Assembly: GCF_037042905.1 (NCBI RefSeq)
Contig: NC_087252.1
Span: forward strand, 10,418,001 to 10,482,000
DNA from: Lytechinus pictus
Taxonomy: Eukaryota
Reading direction: 5' to 3'
DNA length: 64,000 nt
Shown here: one piece after another, positions 47,991 to 60,379 of the stretch
Numbering within the stretch: the stretch's first letter is position 1
How the letters are laid out: each line of letters opens with the position of its first letter
The notes under the pieces: model-generated
Seen by the model: only the letters and a program-made list of their open reading frames with translations
What the model was told of the DNA's origin: nothing
Database searches by the model: none
Program-made: the position numbers and the translations under genes

Positions 47991-48967
47991 CAATGGGGCT
48001 CTATCCATGAAGGGGGGGGGGGGCACTGCCATTAAGAGACAGACACCATTCTTGTGTACTAAAAGCAAGTAAAAAGTGTTGTATTTCATGGTCAGACAAT
48101 GTACAGCACTTGACAAGGGTACATGTAAATCAAACTTGTCCAAATTGGAGGGGGGAGAGGGGAAGATACTTTCCAACAGCCTTATATGTGTGGAAACAGA
48201 TAATATGAGACATGTAGGGTGACAAAATACTTGTTATTAAAAGGGGATGCTGTATGCTGAGGTGAATCAAGATTAAAGATGATGTACAATACTACAAGCA
48301 TGGCGACTTGTAATGGCCCCTGGGGAGGGGGAGAGGGGCTCTGTTTACTTGTACCAGAAGAGAGCATATGTAGTTTTCTAAGCTTTTGTTATTGATTGTC
48401 ACAGACAATTGTGCCATTTTGCGATAAATTCAGTGGCTTGAATGGAGTTGTCAGTGACAAAAATCCTCATTAAACACCCCCCCCCCCATACATGATGTAG
48501 ATTCAGTTTATTGCACCTCACATACTGTAAAGCAAGTCCTGACAAATGACAATTTTTTTTATTTCAGTTTTGGAATGTTGGGCAGTAGCTGTCACAAAAA
48601 ACAGATTCTGTCTCTGCGAAACACCACCCTGGTCTCGACTCCTTTTCTTTTTCTCTTTTTTTCTAAAAATAGATTTTCCTTTCATATTTTTAAAGACCTT
48701 CCCCAACTATGTCAGTTTCCTTCATATCGTTACAAACCTGCGAGCCAGTAAGATTTTATCAGATATTGTAAGTGTTCAATGTCTAAAAAAGGGTTCTTGA
48801 GCAAATAAAAAAAATTCAACATGAGATATTTGTAAGAATATGTAGTATGCTCTTAGTGTGTGTTTTCTTAAAAATAAGATTTTTTTCTTTGTTTCAATAT
48901 CATTTTTAAAAAGTTAAAAGATGTGTTGTTATACATGTTTATTTCTGTTTGATGTTTCTTCTCTCAG

Positions 48968-49045
48968 ATCATCATTGCAAAGAATTTTGGACGGAAAGAG
49001 AAGAATGCCCTACAAGATCAACTTGACAACTCTGATGACGAAAAT
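48968..49045 (+). CDS. Paralogous C2H2 zinc-finger protein, third coding exon (26 aa)
   Basis: Strong acceptor ttcttctctcag and donor AAT|gtaagt. 78-nt open phase 0/0 exon IIIAKNFGRKEKNALQDQLDNSDDEN. Not in the ORF track. Confidence 0.7.
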
Positions 49046-49078
49046 GTAAGTAGAAATAAATATCCATATTATAGATGT

Positions 49079-49830
49079 GGGCGATTCCAAGCAAAATCGG
49101 ACATTTTCCCAAAAGTCATATTGGCTCTATTTCAAATCTGGATTAAAATTTTCTATTAAACTCATATGGAAGTTCATCAATACAAAGGGTGATCATAAAT
49201 TAGCCTCAATTTTTTTCTTATGCATCTCCTGATAGGAGAATCCAAACCATACAAAAAATTATATACATGGGACTACATTTTTTTACTTAATTTAAATTTA
49301 ACAGAAAACAATTGTTTGTTTTGTAAAATTTTCAGTTGGATAATCTAAAGATCATCATTTTACATCATGTCAAACGACATTTTAAATATAAGTTGTGGGA
49401 AGAGTTAAAAAATTTCAAATTTGTGGTGCCGGACAAAGTGTATAAATACAACTGACCAGAGTTTTTGTGTCCACAAAAGAAATTTGGTGTTGCTTCCCAA
49501 ATTCAAATGTCTTATTTGAGACTTCTATATGTAAGTAATGTTTTGCATGTATTGAAATTATGTTAAGAACTATTAGATATGTTAAGAACTATTAAAAGGT
49601 AATCAGTCACTTTTTTTCCATGTCCTTTTATGTAATGAGACTGATTTTTGAGCAGTCATGGCGTCCTTAATATACAGCATACAAGCTTTTTGTATGTATT
49701 ATTTTAAAGCCTCACTTGTCAAAATACATGACAGTACACTTGACAAAAAGACTCGCCCCTGTAAATTTGACAGCACCAAGTATCAGAAGAGGCACGTAAA
49801 AGTGTAATGCGACTGACCGTGGAATTGCCC
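49079..49830. mobile_element. Non-autonomous element with 4-bp TSD (Sola-like)
   Basis: Termini GGGCGATTCCA / TGGAATTGCCC. TSD ATGT at 49075-49078 and 49831-49834. Confidence 0.7.
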
Positions 49831-50176
49831 ATGTACATTCAATATCCATGTTATACATTCAATATCCATGTCAATTATGTCATACATTCAACATCTATAT
49901 TACACTATCACTTTCACCTTCATACATTCGAAACTCCATTTTGTAGTCATTATCCACTATATACAGGCAATATTGACTTTATGCAGTCAATATCCACTCT
50001 ATTGTAGGCAACATCCACTTGATACAGTCAATATCAATTTTATAAATGTCCACAATACTCACTTTAAACAATCAATAGCCATAATACACTGTAAATGTCC
50101 AGTTAACGGTGTAAATATCTATGTTATGTCAAGACCGTATAGTAAATATTGTTTTGATGCTTACTTGTATTTGCAG

Positions 50177-52345
50177 GATGATGGTGATTCGGTTGCACCT
50201 GCGGTGGTATCAGATGCAGAACCAGATAGACAAGGTGCAGAAGAGGAAGGTATAGTACCTGTTGCTATCGGCAGTGTTACTGACGATGGTGTTGAACTGC
50301 TTCTATCTGAAATGGCAAGCCAAGAAGAGGTTCCGACAACAGTAGAAGAAGAAACTGCGAAAGGGCCGTTCTTCAATGGCACCTCGCCTTCTAAAGAAAT
50401 AGCTCCTCAGAAGGTTCCGGTCATAAGAAAAAAGCCCAAAAAGAAGAAAAAGAAACAGCGGAGAGACAAGTACACTGTGGTGAACGCGGAGCATATTGTC
50501 AAGGAGCGTGAAGAGAGTGAGCGGAAGAAGCAGAAGCTGGATGAGAATGGGGAGCCAAGGGAAGTGAGGAAGTTGAGGCCGTTCTGCGTCATTTGCCATC
50601 TTCACTGCGAGAGCAGGGTGATCTGCCGACAGCACCTTGCCGAAGCACACAATATCTATCCCAGCAGGGAGGCTGCAGAGAAAGCTTGGAAGCGAATGAA
50701 GGAAAGGGGAGAAGATCCTGTGGTGAATGGAGCTGATGAATGCAGAGATGGAGTTTCGAATGAACAAAGGGAGCAGGAGGATGTCTCAATGGATTCCCTT
50801 GGTAATGTCGAAGGTGAAATTATCAAATGCGAGTTCTGTGAGTCCTACGTCTTTGACAATATTACCTATGAGAAGCATATGCGAGCTCACTGTGGTAACC
50901 CTGGGATCAAATGTGATATATGTAGGGAGGGTATTCGTCTGTGGGAAAATCTGATGTTGGACGAACTGAAGGATCTAGGTGAAAGGATGTTATCCAAGGA
51001 CAGGCGACCTCAGGATGTGGATTGTGACACTGGCAAGACTGCCCAGAGAAAATATCCCAATTCCAGAATTGTCTCAACCTGCTACGAATGCAACGAACAG
51101 TTCTACCACAGCAGTCATATTGGGAATCACTATGCCAAAGCGCATTCGAGCATCACATGCAAAGAATGCCAAATCACACTACCGAACATGCAGGCCCTTG
51201 CCGTTCACAGTCTTGATAAGCACAGACCAGGGGTCTTCAGATGCCCTTGGTGTCCAAGGCGATTCCATGACAGAGGGAAGTATAACTATCACCTCGCTGG
51301 TCACATGGGGCAGTACCGATGCCCAGGGTGTGGGAGGAACTTTGTGGAGAAGCCGTCCCTCAATTATCACTTAAAGAAATACGAAAAGTTTCCAGAGCAC
51401 TTCCAGGGGCGCCAAAAGGTCGTCCAAGAGATTTCTTTTGAAAAGCCGTTCTTATCGAGTGGCATCACAGATCATCAGAATAGAGAACTAGTTGTCATGG
51501 TCTGTGAGCTCTGCAATGCCACATTCCTCAATAAGGGCGGTTACACCAGGCATATGAACAAAGTGCATCCAGGGCATCAAGGTCGACCCATGGAAAAATC
51601 ATTCATTTGCGATATCTGTGGCAACGTGTTTTGGTCCAAGACGAACTTGATGATGCACAAGAAAATACATGACAAGAAATTTCCCTGCACCTATCCAGGG
51701 TGCACTAAGAAGTTCTGGGCCCGGAGCATGATGAAAAAGCACATGGAGACCCACGAGGGTGCCCCCACATATTTCTGCGAGGATTGCGGGAGGACCTACA
51801 AACATTCCGGCTCACTGCGGCTCCACCGGAGAACCCACACAGAAGGAAGGGGCAAATGCGATAAATGCGGTCTAGAATTCAAGGGTCGCGCTAACCTTGC
51901 CAAGCACATGAATGACGTCCACAAGCAAGTGTTATTGTTTACGTGTGGTGTCTGTGATATGCAGTTGGGTTCAAGGTCACAGCTCCTATCTCATGCTAAG
52001 GTACACAGCGAGCACCTCCAGGGTTTTGTTTGTGAAACCTGTACCTGCGTGTTCCCAGAAGAGCGACTCCTCACACAGCACATGCGTGTCCACAATAAGA
52101 CTTACCAATGCAATTATTGCCAAGACGTCCTAGACAGTGCCGATGCCTTAAAACGCCACCATCTCCAAGAACATGCTTTTCCTGCGCAACAAACCCCTGA
52201 CAGTATTCAGCATTTCGATGCTGATACTACTAGCATACAGATCGAGGTTCAGGATTCAGGTGTTGTTATTATGGAATACCCCAGTACTGATCAAGAAGCA
52301 ACAGATAGAGCGATTGCAGCGATTGTCTCGGAGTTACAGGGCTAA
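50177..52345 (+). CDS. Paralogous C2H2 zinc-finger protein, last exon (multi-C2H2 array)
   Basis: Acceptor ttgcag|GAT is in frame with the 825-aa ORF, whose first 103 codons are intronic. About 15 fingers are colinear with gene 1 exon 5. Stop TAA at 52343-52345. Total 888 aa. Confidence 0.95.
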   Translation, partial: DDGDSVAPAVVSDAEPDRQGAEEEGIVPVAIGSVTDDGVELLLSEMASQEEVPTTVEEETAKGPFFNGTSPSKEIAPQKVPVIRKKPKKKKKKQRRDKYTVVNAEHIVKEREESERKKQKLDENGEPREVRKLRPFCVICHLHCESRVICRQHLAEAHNIYPSREAAEKAWKRMKERGEDPVVNGADECRDGVSNEQREQEDVSMDSLGNVEGEIIKCEFCESYVFDNITYEKHMRAHCGNPGIKCDICREGIRLWENLMLDELKDLGERMLSKDRRPQDVDCDTGKTAQRKYPNSRIVSTCYECNEQFYHSSHIGNHYAKAHSSITCKECQITLPNMQALAVHSLDKHRPGVFRCPWCPRRFHDRGKYNYHLAGHMGQYRCPGCGRNFVEKPSLNYHLKKYEKFPEHFQGRQKVVQEISFEKPFLSSGITDHQNRELVVMVCELCNATFLNKGGYTRHMNKVHPGHQGRPMEKSFICDICGNVFWSKTNLMMHKKIHDKKFPCTYPGCTKKFWARSMMKKHMETHEGAPTYFCEDCGRTYKHSGSLRLHRRTHTEGRGKCDKCGLEFKGRANLAKHMNDVHKQVLLFTCGVCDMQLGSRSQLLSHAKVHSEHLQGFVCETCTCVFPEERLLTQHMRVHNKTYQCNYCQDVLDSADALKRHHLQEHAFPAQQTPDSIQHFDADTTSIQIEVQDSGVVIMEYPSTDQEATDRAIAAIVSELQG

Positions 52346-52416
52346 GAATGACCCACATATACATGTAGTGGGGATTCCCCTTATATTCAGAAATCAAATA
52401 GTCAATTAAACATTGT

Positions 52417-53468
52417 GGCCCGTATTCTTAAGTTGGGTTTAACTTAGATGATGGTCTCTGTGCTAATATTTTGCATCTCTTATGTTTACTAATTTGTTTC
52501 TGGTTGCTTTCATAATGAAGAAAAATACTTCAGAATACTTCAATTATCATTCCCAGACAATTCTGAACAATTTGATAATCAAATGAGTTAATAAATTAGA
52601 TGTGTTCTTTCAGGGATTTGTATCCCAATTGGCTCTCCATAGTTAACCCTAAATAGACTGGGCTATTTTGATGCCTAAGAAGACTGGGGGGGGGGGGGGG
52701 GCTGATTCAGCCCCCCCCCCCCCCCTATGATCTCGGCCGTCGACCGCGCGATCGCGACGAAAATTGGCACGTGCATTACCCATGGCATAATCTCCAAGAC
52801 TAGGATCAAATTTTCAGAAAAATCTCATAATTCATTAATTATGCTAATTTATGCGTAAAATCAAAGATTTGTTCTAATTAACTAAAGAAGGCCTCTAAAC
52901 TGCTAATTTTTTATTCACAGACTCTTTGAAGGATTCTGATCAAATGTACTTTTTAAAAAATTCAATATCACAATAATTTTCTTATGTATTTTATTGTTTT
53001 TAAAATTTCTTATGTATTTCTTAGTTTTTTTACTTTTTGTTTTTTATTGTTTTTTCATTGGAAATCGTTTGCTTCTTTATTCTGACCATAAACAAGATGA
53101 AATTAATTGAGTTTGATTAGTAAAATTGAAAATAATGATACATTTATGAATTTTGGCTAAAACACAATTTGCATTGGATTTGTACACAAATTCATGTTTT
53201 TGAGCAATTTCGGGTCGACATGCACTTACAAAATGTTGCGTTATTTCGGAACCACGTACCTGGGCGTCGCAAATTTGGTCTCAAAAGTTGTGCAAGACTT
53301 GAAAGAAAAAAGTCATGGAACGTCGCGGCGCCAGCTTTTCGCGTTACAGATTTATCGCGAAAAATGTCGAGGGGGGGCTGAATAACCCCCCCCCCCCCCA
53401 GTCTTTTTAGGGTTAAACCACAACTTTAAACAAGGGTTTGATTTAAACCCAAGTTCAGAATACGGGCT
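52417..53468. mobile_element. Harbinger-like MITE just 3' of the stop codon, split by a piggyBac-like MITE at 52647-53412
   Basis: Outer element: GCCCGTATTCTTAAGTTGGGTTT / AAACCCAAGTTCAGAATACGGGC. Inner element: TTAA-CCCTAAATAGACTGGG...CCCAGTCTTTTTAGGG-TTAA. Confidence 0.85.
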
Positions 53469-53523
53469 TTTATGTTTCTTTTATTCATGGCAATATCCTT
53501 TCTTCCTCATGTGTCCACATTAA

Positions 53524-54135
53524 CCCTCCTAAGAAGATGGGGAGGGGGGGCTGATTCAGCCTCCTCCCCTCCTATGATCTTGGCTGTTGATATCGCGATT
53601 GCGACAAAAATTAACATGCGTGTTACCCATGACATAATCTACAAAACTGTAATAAAGATCAAATTCTGCAAAAATCTCATTGCTCATTAATTATGCTAAT
53701 TTATGCTTGAAATCAAAAGATTGCCCGAATAAAATAATGCACCAAAAATGGTAACTTTCAGTTCACAGACTCTTTATAGGAATCTGATCAAATGTATTTT
53801 TTTTTAATGTCAACATCACATTTATTTTATTTTCTAAATTTCTTTTGTATTTCTTTGTTTTTCAACTTACTTTATTTTGACCATAAACAAGATGAAATTA
53901 ATTGATTTTAATCAGTAAAGGGAAAAATACGTATCCACTTATGAATTTAGCTGAATTATTTGCATTAGATTTGTAAACAAATTTGCGTTTTTGAGCAATT
54001 TCGGGTCTGCATGCACTTACGAAATGTTGTGTAATTTCGGGACCATGTACCCGTTGGTCTCAAAAGTTGCGCGAGACTTAAAAGTAAAAAGTTTGCGAGC
54101 GACTTCAACAATCAAGGGTGAGGGCCTGAATCAGC
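53524..54135 (+). mobile_element. Older degenerate copy of the piggyBac-like MITE
   Basis: Colinear similarity with 52647-53412. Starts TTAACCCT; right end eroded. Confidence 0.75.
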
Positions 54136-55072
54136 GGTAAATTGCCAATATGTCTACTGCCAACTCGTCCACTCACAATATGGACTCCTTTCATTTAGTC
54201 CAATGCCATTCCGTCTAACAACCATTTGGTCCAGTCATCACTTCATCTGATCACCATTTCGTCTCATAACCAGTTGGTCTAATATCCATTTTCATTTTCA
54301 TTCATTTTGCACAATTAACACTTAGTCCAATTAGACCAAATGGTGTATGGACTAAATGGACTTTATCCAGGGTAGCCACTTCAGTTCCGAAACCGTTTCT
54401 ACCAGCGGGCCTTGATTAACATGATAACATTATTATTACCCAAGCTATAGCTGCGCTGCCAATGCTCAAGCATTGGAGGTATTTCTTTTTTGTATTTTTT
54501 TTAATTTATGTTTTTATTGATAAATCTTCAACATACCCATTAACCAAACCTGTGTCAAGTGCAGCACAATGTGGGTAAATCTCTTGCTAAAGGAAAACAT
54601 GCCGTGACTGGAAATCGAACCCACGTCCCTCAGATTGAATGACCAGCCACTAGATCAGGTTTATTATCAATTGGTCCAATGCCAACTCATCCAATTACCA
54701 ACTTGTGTACTATCATTTGGTCTGCCATCAATTCGTCCACTGTCCACAAGATCTAATTGCCATTTTGTCCACTTGCCATTTCGTTGTCTAATCAGTTGGT
54801 CCAATAGCCATTTAGTCCATATACCATTTGGTCTAATTGGAATGAATGTTAATTGGGCGAAATGAAAGAAAATTAAATGGATATTAGACAAAATGGTTGA
54901 GATGAAATGGTCATAGACGAACTGGTGATTAGACGAAGTGATGATTGGACCAAATGGCTATTGGACCAAATGAATGTTAGACGAAATGTTGATGGACGGA
55001 ATGGCATTAGACTAAATGAAGTTAGACCCTGTGATGAGTGGACGAGTTGGCAATAGACGAATTGGTAATTTA
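54136..55072. mobile_element. Repeat-rich palindromic MITE interrupted by a SINE
   Basis: TGCCAACTCGTCCACTCA / TGAGTGGACGAGTTGGCA arms. Many CCATTTGGTCTAA / TTAGACGAAATG short repeats. Confidence 0.7.
54360..54655 (-). mobile_element. tRNA-derived SINE with LINE-like 3' tail
   Basis: Minus strand reads CTAGTGG...GGGACGTGGGTTCGATTTCC (B box), then core TTTACCCACATTGTGCTGCACTTGACACAGG, then tail GAAACGGTTTCGGAACTGAAGTGGCTACCCTGG. A tail-only copy with (ATT)n lies at ~58725-58798. Confidence 0.75.
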
Positions 55073-56231
55073 TGAAACAGGATACCCCCTCAATGCCTAC
55101 ATAGTAGTTCAGACTTATTGTTCTAAATGAAGTTTATTGACACTACAGTATATAAGATTTGTGAGCTTTACTTACCTTAATGTGCCTCATAGCTTCCAGA
55201 TATTGTAATTTAGAACAAGAAATTAATTGACAGAACACACAATCTTGCCTTTAATATACTTGTAAGCTAGTCCTAAGATTTCATGGGAAGAAATAATTTC
55301 CCAACCAAAAGACATAGTTCTCAAGCTCTTGTGCTTCTCATCAAAAGGGAGTAAGGCAATGGCTTTACCAAATTACTTTTTTAATAAAGCCATGATTAAC
55401 CCATAAAGGCACAGCACCTCTGGTGAGTGGTCATATACCAATAATAGAAAATTTATGTATATTGCCTCACCAAGAAAAATTGCATCACTAAAGCTGGCAC
55501 AGAGCGAAGACCATCGGTCGAGGGGGGGGGGGGCTGATTCAACCCCTTCCCCTGGTCTTCTCGGGTGCAACATATCCCAGTTATTTTAGGGTTAATCTGA
55601 AGAGGGGCCGAAATGCACTTACATTATACCTGCTTATAATCAGTTCTAATCTATTTGTTAGAAGCCTTCCATTTTGGTCATTTTGTATATTTGATGAATT
55701 ATACGCATGATTTGCATGAACTGTTGTGTAAATTTCATTTTCAAAGGAATTGATTTTCATTTTAATAAAAGATCAAATAACAATTCAAAGTGTCATTCAT
55801 TTTCACTTTACCTATAATCCTATTAAGTATTAATGCTGTAGTTCCACCAGTGAAACTGACTCCAAACTGTTTGTATGCCATTGGTAATATAGCTTTATCA
55901 GTCTGGACCCCTTTTCATAAAACTTGTTAAAATAACAAATTTGCTATAACAGTTAAAAGCTTCTAAAATCCTTCATTATGATTGGCTGATCATTAACTTG
56001 TTATAGAAACAGTACATTTGTTATTATAACAAGTCTTGAGTCAGTTTGGCTTGAATGAGTGTATCATTGTGAAATTATTAGTAAGCTGTAAGAATATCAT
56101 ACCAAAATAGACAGTACAATGAAGTCTGTCCTATGGCCACCACACACCTCAAGGTAATTGTTTAATGATGCTAATATTGAGACACGGAATATCTTCCTAT
56201 GTTCAAATCTGTGACTATATCCTTATTAGAA

Positions 56232-56923
56232 TAAAAGTGATGGTCTAGGCTGAAAATATTTATATCTCAATGAATAGAGTAAAATTCACAGAACAAAATG
56301 CTAGAAATTTCATCAAAATCGGATAACGAATGACAAAATTATTGAATTTTTAAAGATTTGCATTATTCCGGTGAAACAATTCTAGGCATGTATTCATGAA
56401 TATTCATAAGGTGGGCTGATGATGTCATACCCTCACTTGTTCTTTTGTATTTTATTATATGAAATGAGGTTTATTCAAAAAAAATTCTACCAAGAACTAA
56501 AACAATTGGATTGACAACTGACTAAGTGCATTAGTTATTTATTGCCGCAACATATTTCATCATTATGGAGACACATAATGAAGCTTACACATGTATGAAA
56601 AAATGAAACAATTATGATTTCATGTAATAACATAAGAAAAGGGAAAGTGGGGATATGACATCATCAGCCCACCTAATGAATATTCATGATGATGTTTATA
56701 TAACTGTTTTCACAAAATATTGATAAACTGTAAAATTCAATAACTTTATTTGTTATCCGATTTTGATGAAATATTCAGCATTTTGCTCTGAATTTTACTC
56801 TTTTTTTTTTTTCTTTTTTTTTTTTGCCTCCGACGAAGATTCTGCTAGGATCGAAAGCTTAGGCCCCTTTTGACTTTCTATTTATTTAGATATACATATT
56901 TTCAGCACAGACCATCCCTTTAA
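56232..56923. mobile_element. TTAA-target (Kolobok-like) MITE; host of hammerhead-like insert copy 2
   Basis: GATGGTCTAGGCTGAAAATAT / ATATTTTCAGCACAGACCATCCCTTTAA. An inverted sibling lies at 57664-58265. Confidence 0.8.
56823..56879 (+). ncRNA. Candidate minimal type I hammerhead ribozyme insert, copy 2
   Basis: Identical to 41107-41163 except AGGC vs GGGC in stem I. Preceded by a T-run. Absent from the sibling MITE arm at ~58215. Confidence 0.65.
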
Positions 56924-57663
56924 TACCTAGTCATAATGACCTCATAGCAATGGTACTATTGGTTACGATTTGAAATCAATTTTTTATTTATTCCAAAATA
57001 AAGGCTAACAATCTTCCAAAATTGTTAAAAGTATTCTTTCAGTTAATTTGAACCTTAAATAAAAATAATTTTAATTCACATTTTCAGAAAATGTGAGGTG
57101 TGCGGTGGCCTTTAATAGTGTTTCATAGGACTTATTTTTACAATTTGTTGACCTATTAAAGGGGAATCCCACCTTGGTCATAAAATGTGTGAGAAAGGAG
57201 AAAAATTAGTAAATGAGAATGGTGAAAATGTGAAAGGAATTGAAAAAAAGCAGAAGTTTAATGAAACAAAACTATTGAGGGGGCAAGAATGGTATATGGG
57301 GCCAAATTTCCAAAAAGCTGTGAGCGAGAAAAAGTTTTGACCTTTTAATATCAAAATCCAAATTTGGGATAGACTTTGACAAAGTTCAGAAAGCAGTATA
57401 AAATGTCACCCCTTTTTCCGTATTTTCTTTTCTCCTTATTTTTGCTTGATTATGTTGATCGTGCTCTAAAAAAATCAATGAAGATTTGAGGGGCCGTGGC
57501 CCCAATGCCACCCCATCTGTATACCAGTGCGGACAAGCAATAAAGAAGTTATGGTTGATTAAAAATTGAGATCATGAGACTGTAAATTTTACATTGGCAA
57601 CTGGTTAAGAAAATCATGACTATAGTGGTAGGCATAGGGGCAACTTTCCCATAGGCCATGTAT

Positions 57664-58265
57664 TTAAAGGGGTACTCCGGTCTGAAAATATATCTAAATG
57701 AATAGAGTAAAATTCACAGAGCAAAATGTTGAAAATTTCATCAATATTGGATACCAAATAGCGAAGTTAAAGTTATTGAATTTTTAAGTTTAGCAATATT
57801 TTGTGAAAATAGTTATATGCACGAAATCATGAATATTCATTAGTTGGGCTGATGATGTCACATCCCCACTTTCCTTTTTCTTATGTTATTACATGAAATC
57901 ATAATTATTTAATTTTGTCGTAATTAAGTGAATAATGTGTCTCCTTTATTATGAAATAAGTTGCAGCATTGAATATCTAATACATTAAATCAGTTGTCAA
58001 TTTATTTGGTAGAAAAACTTTGAATAAACCTAATTTCATATAATAAAATACAAAAGAATAAGTGGGGATATGACATCATCAGCCCACCTAATGAATGTTC
58101 ATGAAGACATGCCTAGAACCGTTTCACCGGAATAATGCAAATCTTTAAAATTCAATAACTTCGTTATTTGTTATCCGATTTTGATCAAATTTTCAGCATT
58201 TTGCTTTGTGAATTTTACTCTATTTATTGAGATATAATTATCTCCAACCTGGACCATTCCTTTAA
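57664..58265. mobile_element. TTAA-target MITE, inverted sibling of 56232-56923
   Basis: TTAAAGGGGTACTCCGG / CCTGGACCATTCCTTTAA. Interior is reverse-complementary to the 56232 copy. Confidence 0.8.
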
Positions 58266-59985
58266 GTACGTATTCCCTGGGCCTGTCATCAAAATATAAC
58301 CAAGCGAGCACATTGTTTTAAGTCCTCGAGTAAGGAATTATATAATTTTTAGTAAAAATCTTTTTGAAAAAAAGGAATGGCATTTTATAAATGTGTAGTT
58401 ATTTTATGTATTCCGAGCTTATCAATATTTTGTGAAAAATGGTTGTATGCACGCCATCACAAAGTCGACCCCCTCCCAAAGTTGTATGTCAACATGGCGA
58501 AATAAAATAGGATCATGGGCTGGTCATGTCATGACCCCACTTTCTTTTTTTTCTCTTTTTTTTTCCTCATGTTTTTACATGAAATAATTATTTATATGAT
58601 TTCATCATGTTATTTTAATGATTATCTTGGACATTAAATCATTAGTCAATCTCATTTTCATTCTTAAATAACTTGTACAAATAATTTCATATAATTAAGT
58701 CGGCCTACACAATAATAAGTGGGGATAATAATAATAATAATAATACAGGTATATTTACCCAGGGAAGCCGCTTCAGTTCCGAAAACTGTTCTCCCAGCTT
58801 ACAATCGGCTCGCTCATTAGTCACTCACGACGTCATGCTTTTGTTTCACCAAAATAATGCAAAGCGCTTAAAATCTGTATTGTTGTTACTTGCCCAATTT
58901 GCTGAAATTTCACTGATTTTTTTTCTTCTCCTTTTCTCTTTATTTTTACTTTATCTGTTCTAATCATATCGGAGTACCACTTTTGAAATGATTAGTCCAC
59001 TTCAACAAAGAAATGAGTTAATCGAACAAATAGAAAAAAGGTCAACTGAGCATAATTCAAAAATGAATAATCATAATCGGATGTAAAATAAGAAAATTAT
59101 GACATTTCAATGTTTAGCATATTTTTTAGAAAAAGGTATTGCCTTCTGGCGATGAGAGAGCAGATGATGTCACATACCCACTTTTTCTTTTGTAGTTTAT
59201 TATATGAATTATAGTATCTGTTCATATTTTTTGCAGATTTGATGAGGAAATTCCTTATTAGATTATGCAACAATGACAATTCCAAATATTTTGGGAAGAA
59301 TCAAATCTTGTTTCACATTATGACGAGAAAAAAGGGAAAAGCTACATTTCATAATCTATATCACAAAATACAGAGAAATCAAGCGAATGGATGACGTCAT
59401 CGGTACATCATTTGCATAATCAACAGGATTACATTAGTTATTCACTTTAATCACTTTCATTTTGTAGCGAAACACTTTTTTTTTTCTTGTCAAATTTCTC
59501 GTGATCAGAATAAGTTTCTTTTTGCAGAAAACCCTTTTTTTTTACTTGTCAAATTAAACCAGCACCCTCTGAAAAAAAAATCGTTTCCTTAATTTAGGGC
59601 CCTGCATGCCCTGTCCCCGTTGGTAGCTGTACTTTCCCTGCTTTTGAAATAATTATGCTCATGAACTATATTTTTAGCTTATTGGTTTAATAACCTAATT
59701 ACCTTCGATATATGGCTAGAAGTGGCATTAAATACTATCTTCGTTATTGTCCAGTTAGGTTACATTATTTTGATAACCTTATTAATATTCTAAAATAATG
59801 GTTTGTGGGTTGAAACTTATCAAAACGATAGCTGATAAGTTTCATTTCATAAAATATAATACTTGATCTGCAAGTCATAATTTCGAAAACATCGACCCAA
59901 TGTTATAAGTAGGAATTGTCTAGAAAATGATACATTTTGCTTGTGTGCAATTATGTAGAGGCACAAAAATCTTAGGGCGGACAGG

Positions 59986-60222
59986 CACTGGCTGGCGTAC
60001 AGATGGGGGGGGGGGGGCTCTCCTCCAACTTTTTCACGACCAAAGGAAAACAAAAAGGACAGAGAGAAGGGTGAAATATATGATATCATTTTCTGGATAT
60101 TATGTCAAAATTTATCACAAAATTGGATTTTTGTAATAAAAATGTCACCAACTTTTCATAAAGTTTACGCGTTACGCCATCTAGCCCCCTCATTTTTTAT
60201 TTTTTTGCTCATTATGCCACTG
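59986..60222. mobile_element. hAT-type MITE
   Basis: CACTGG...TATGCCACTG with 8-bp TSD CGGACAGG (59978-59985, 60223-60230). Confidence 0.75.
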
Positions 60223-60379
60223 CGGACAGGGGGCGGTATTTTTATTTTATCTTATTTACCAATATAAAAGCAATACATATGAAATTAAGACATAATATAA
60301 TACTGTGCATGATAAAATAACATATCGTACGATAAACACATGGTTAAAAAGAGGTAAAAATTTCCAGTTTAAAACTAAA

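Noticed and set aside
49868..50176. N-terminal 103 codons of the 825-aa ORF
   Set aside because: AT-rich, ends in a canonical ttgcag acceptor and has no homology to the paralog, so it is intronic read-through.
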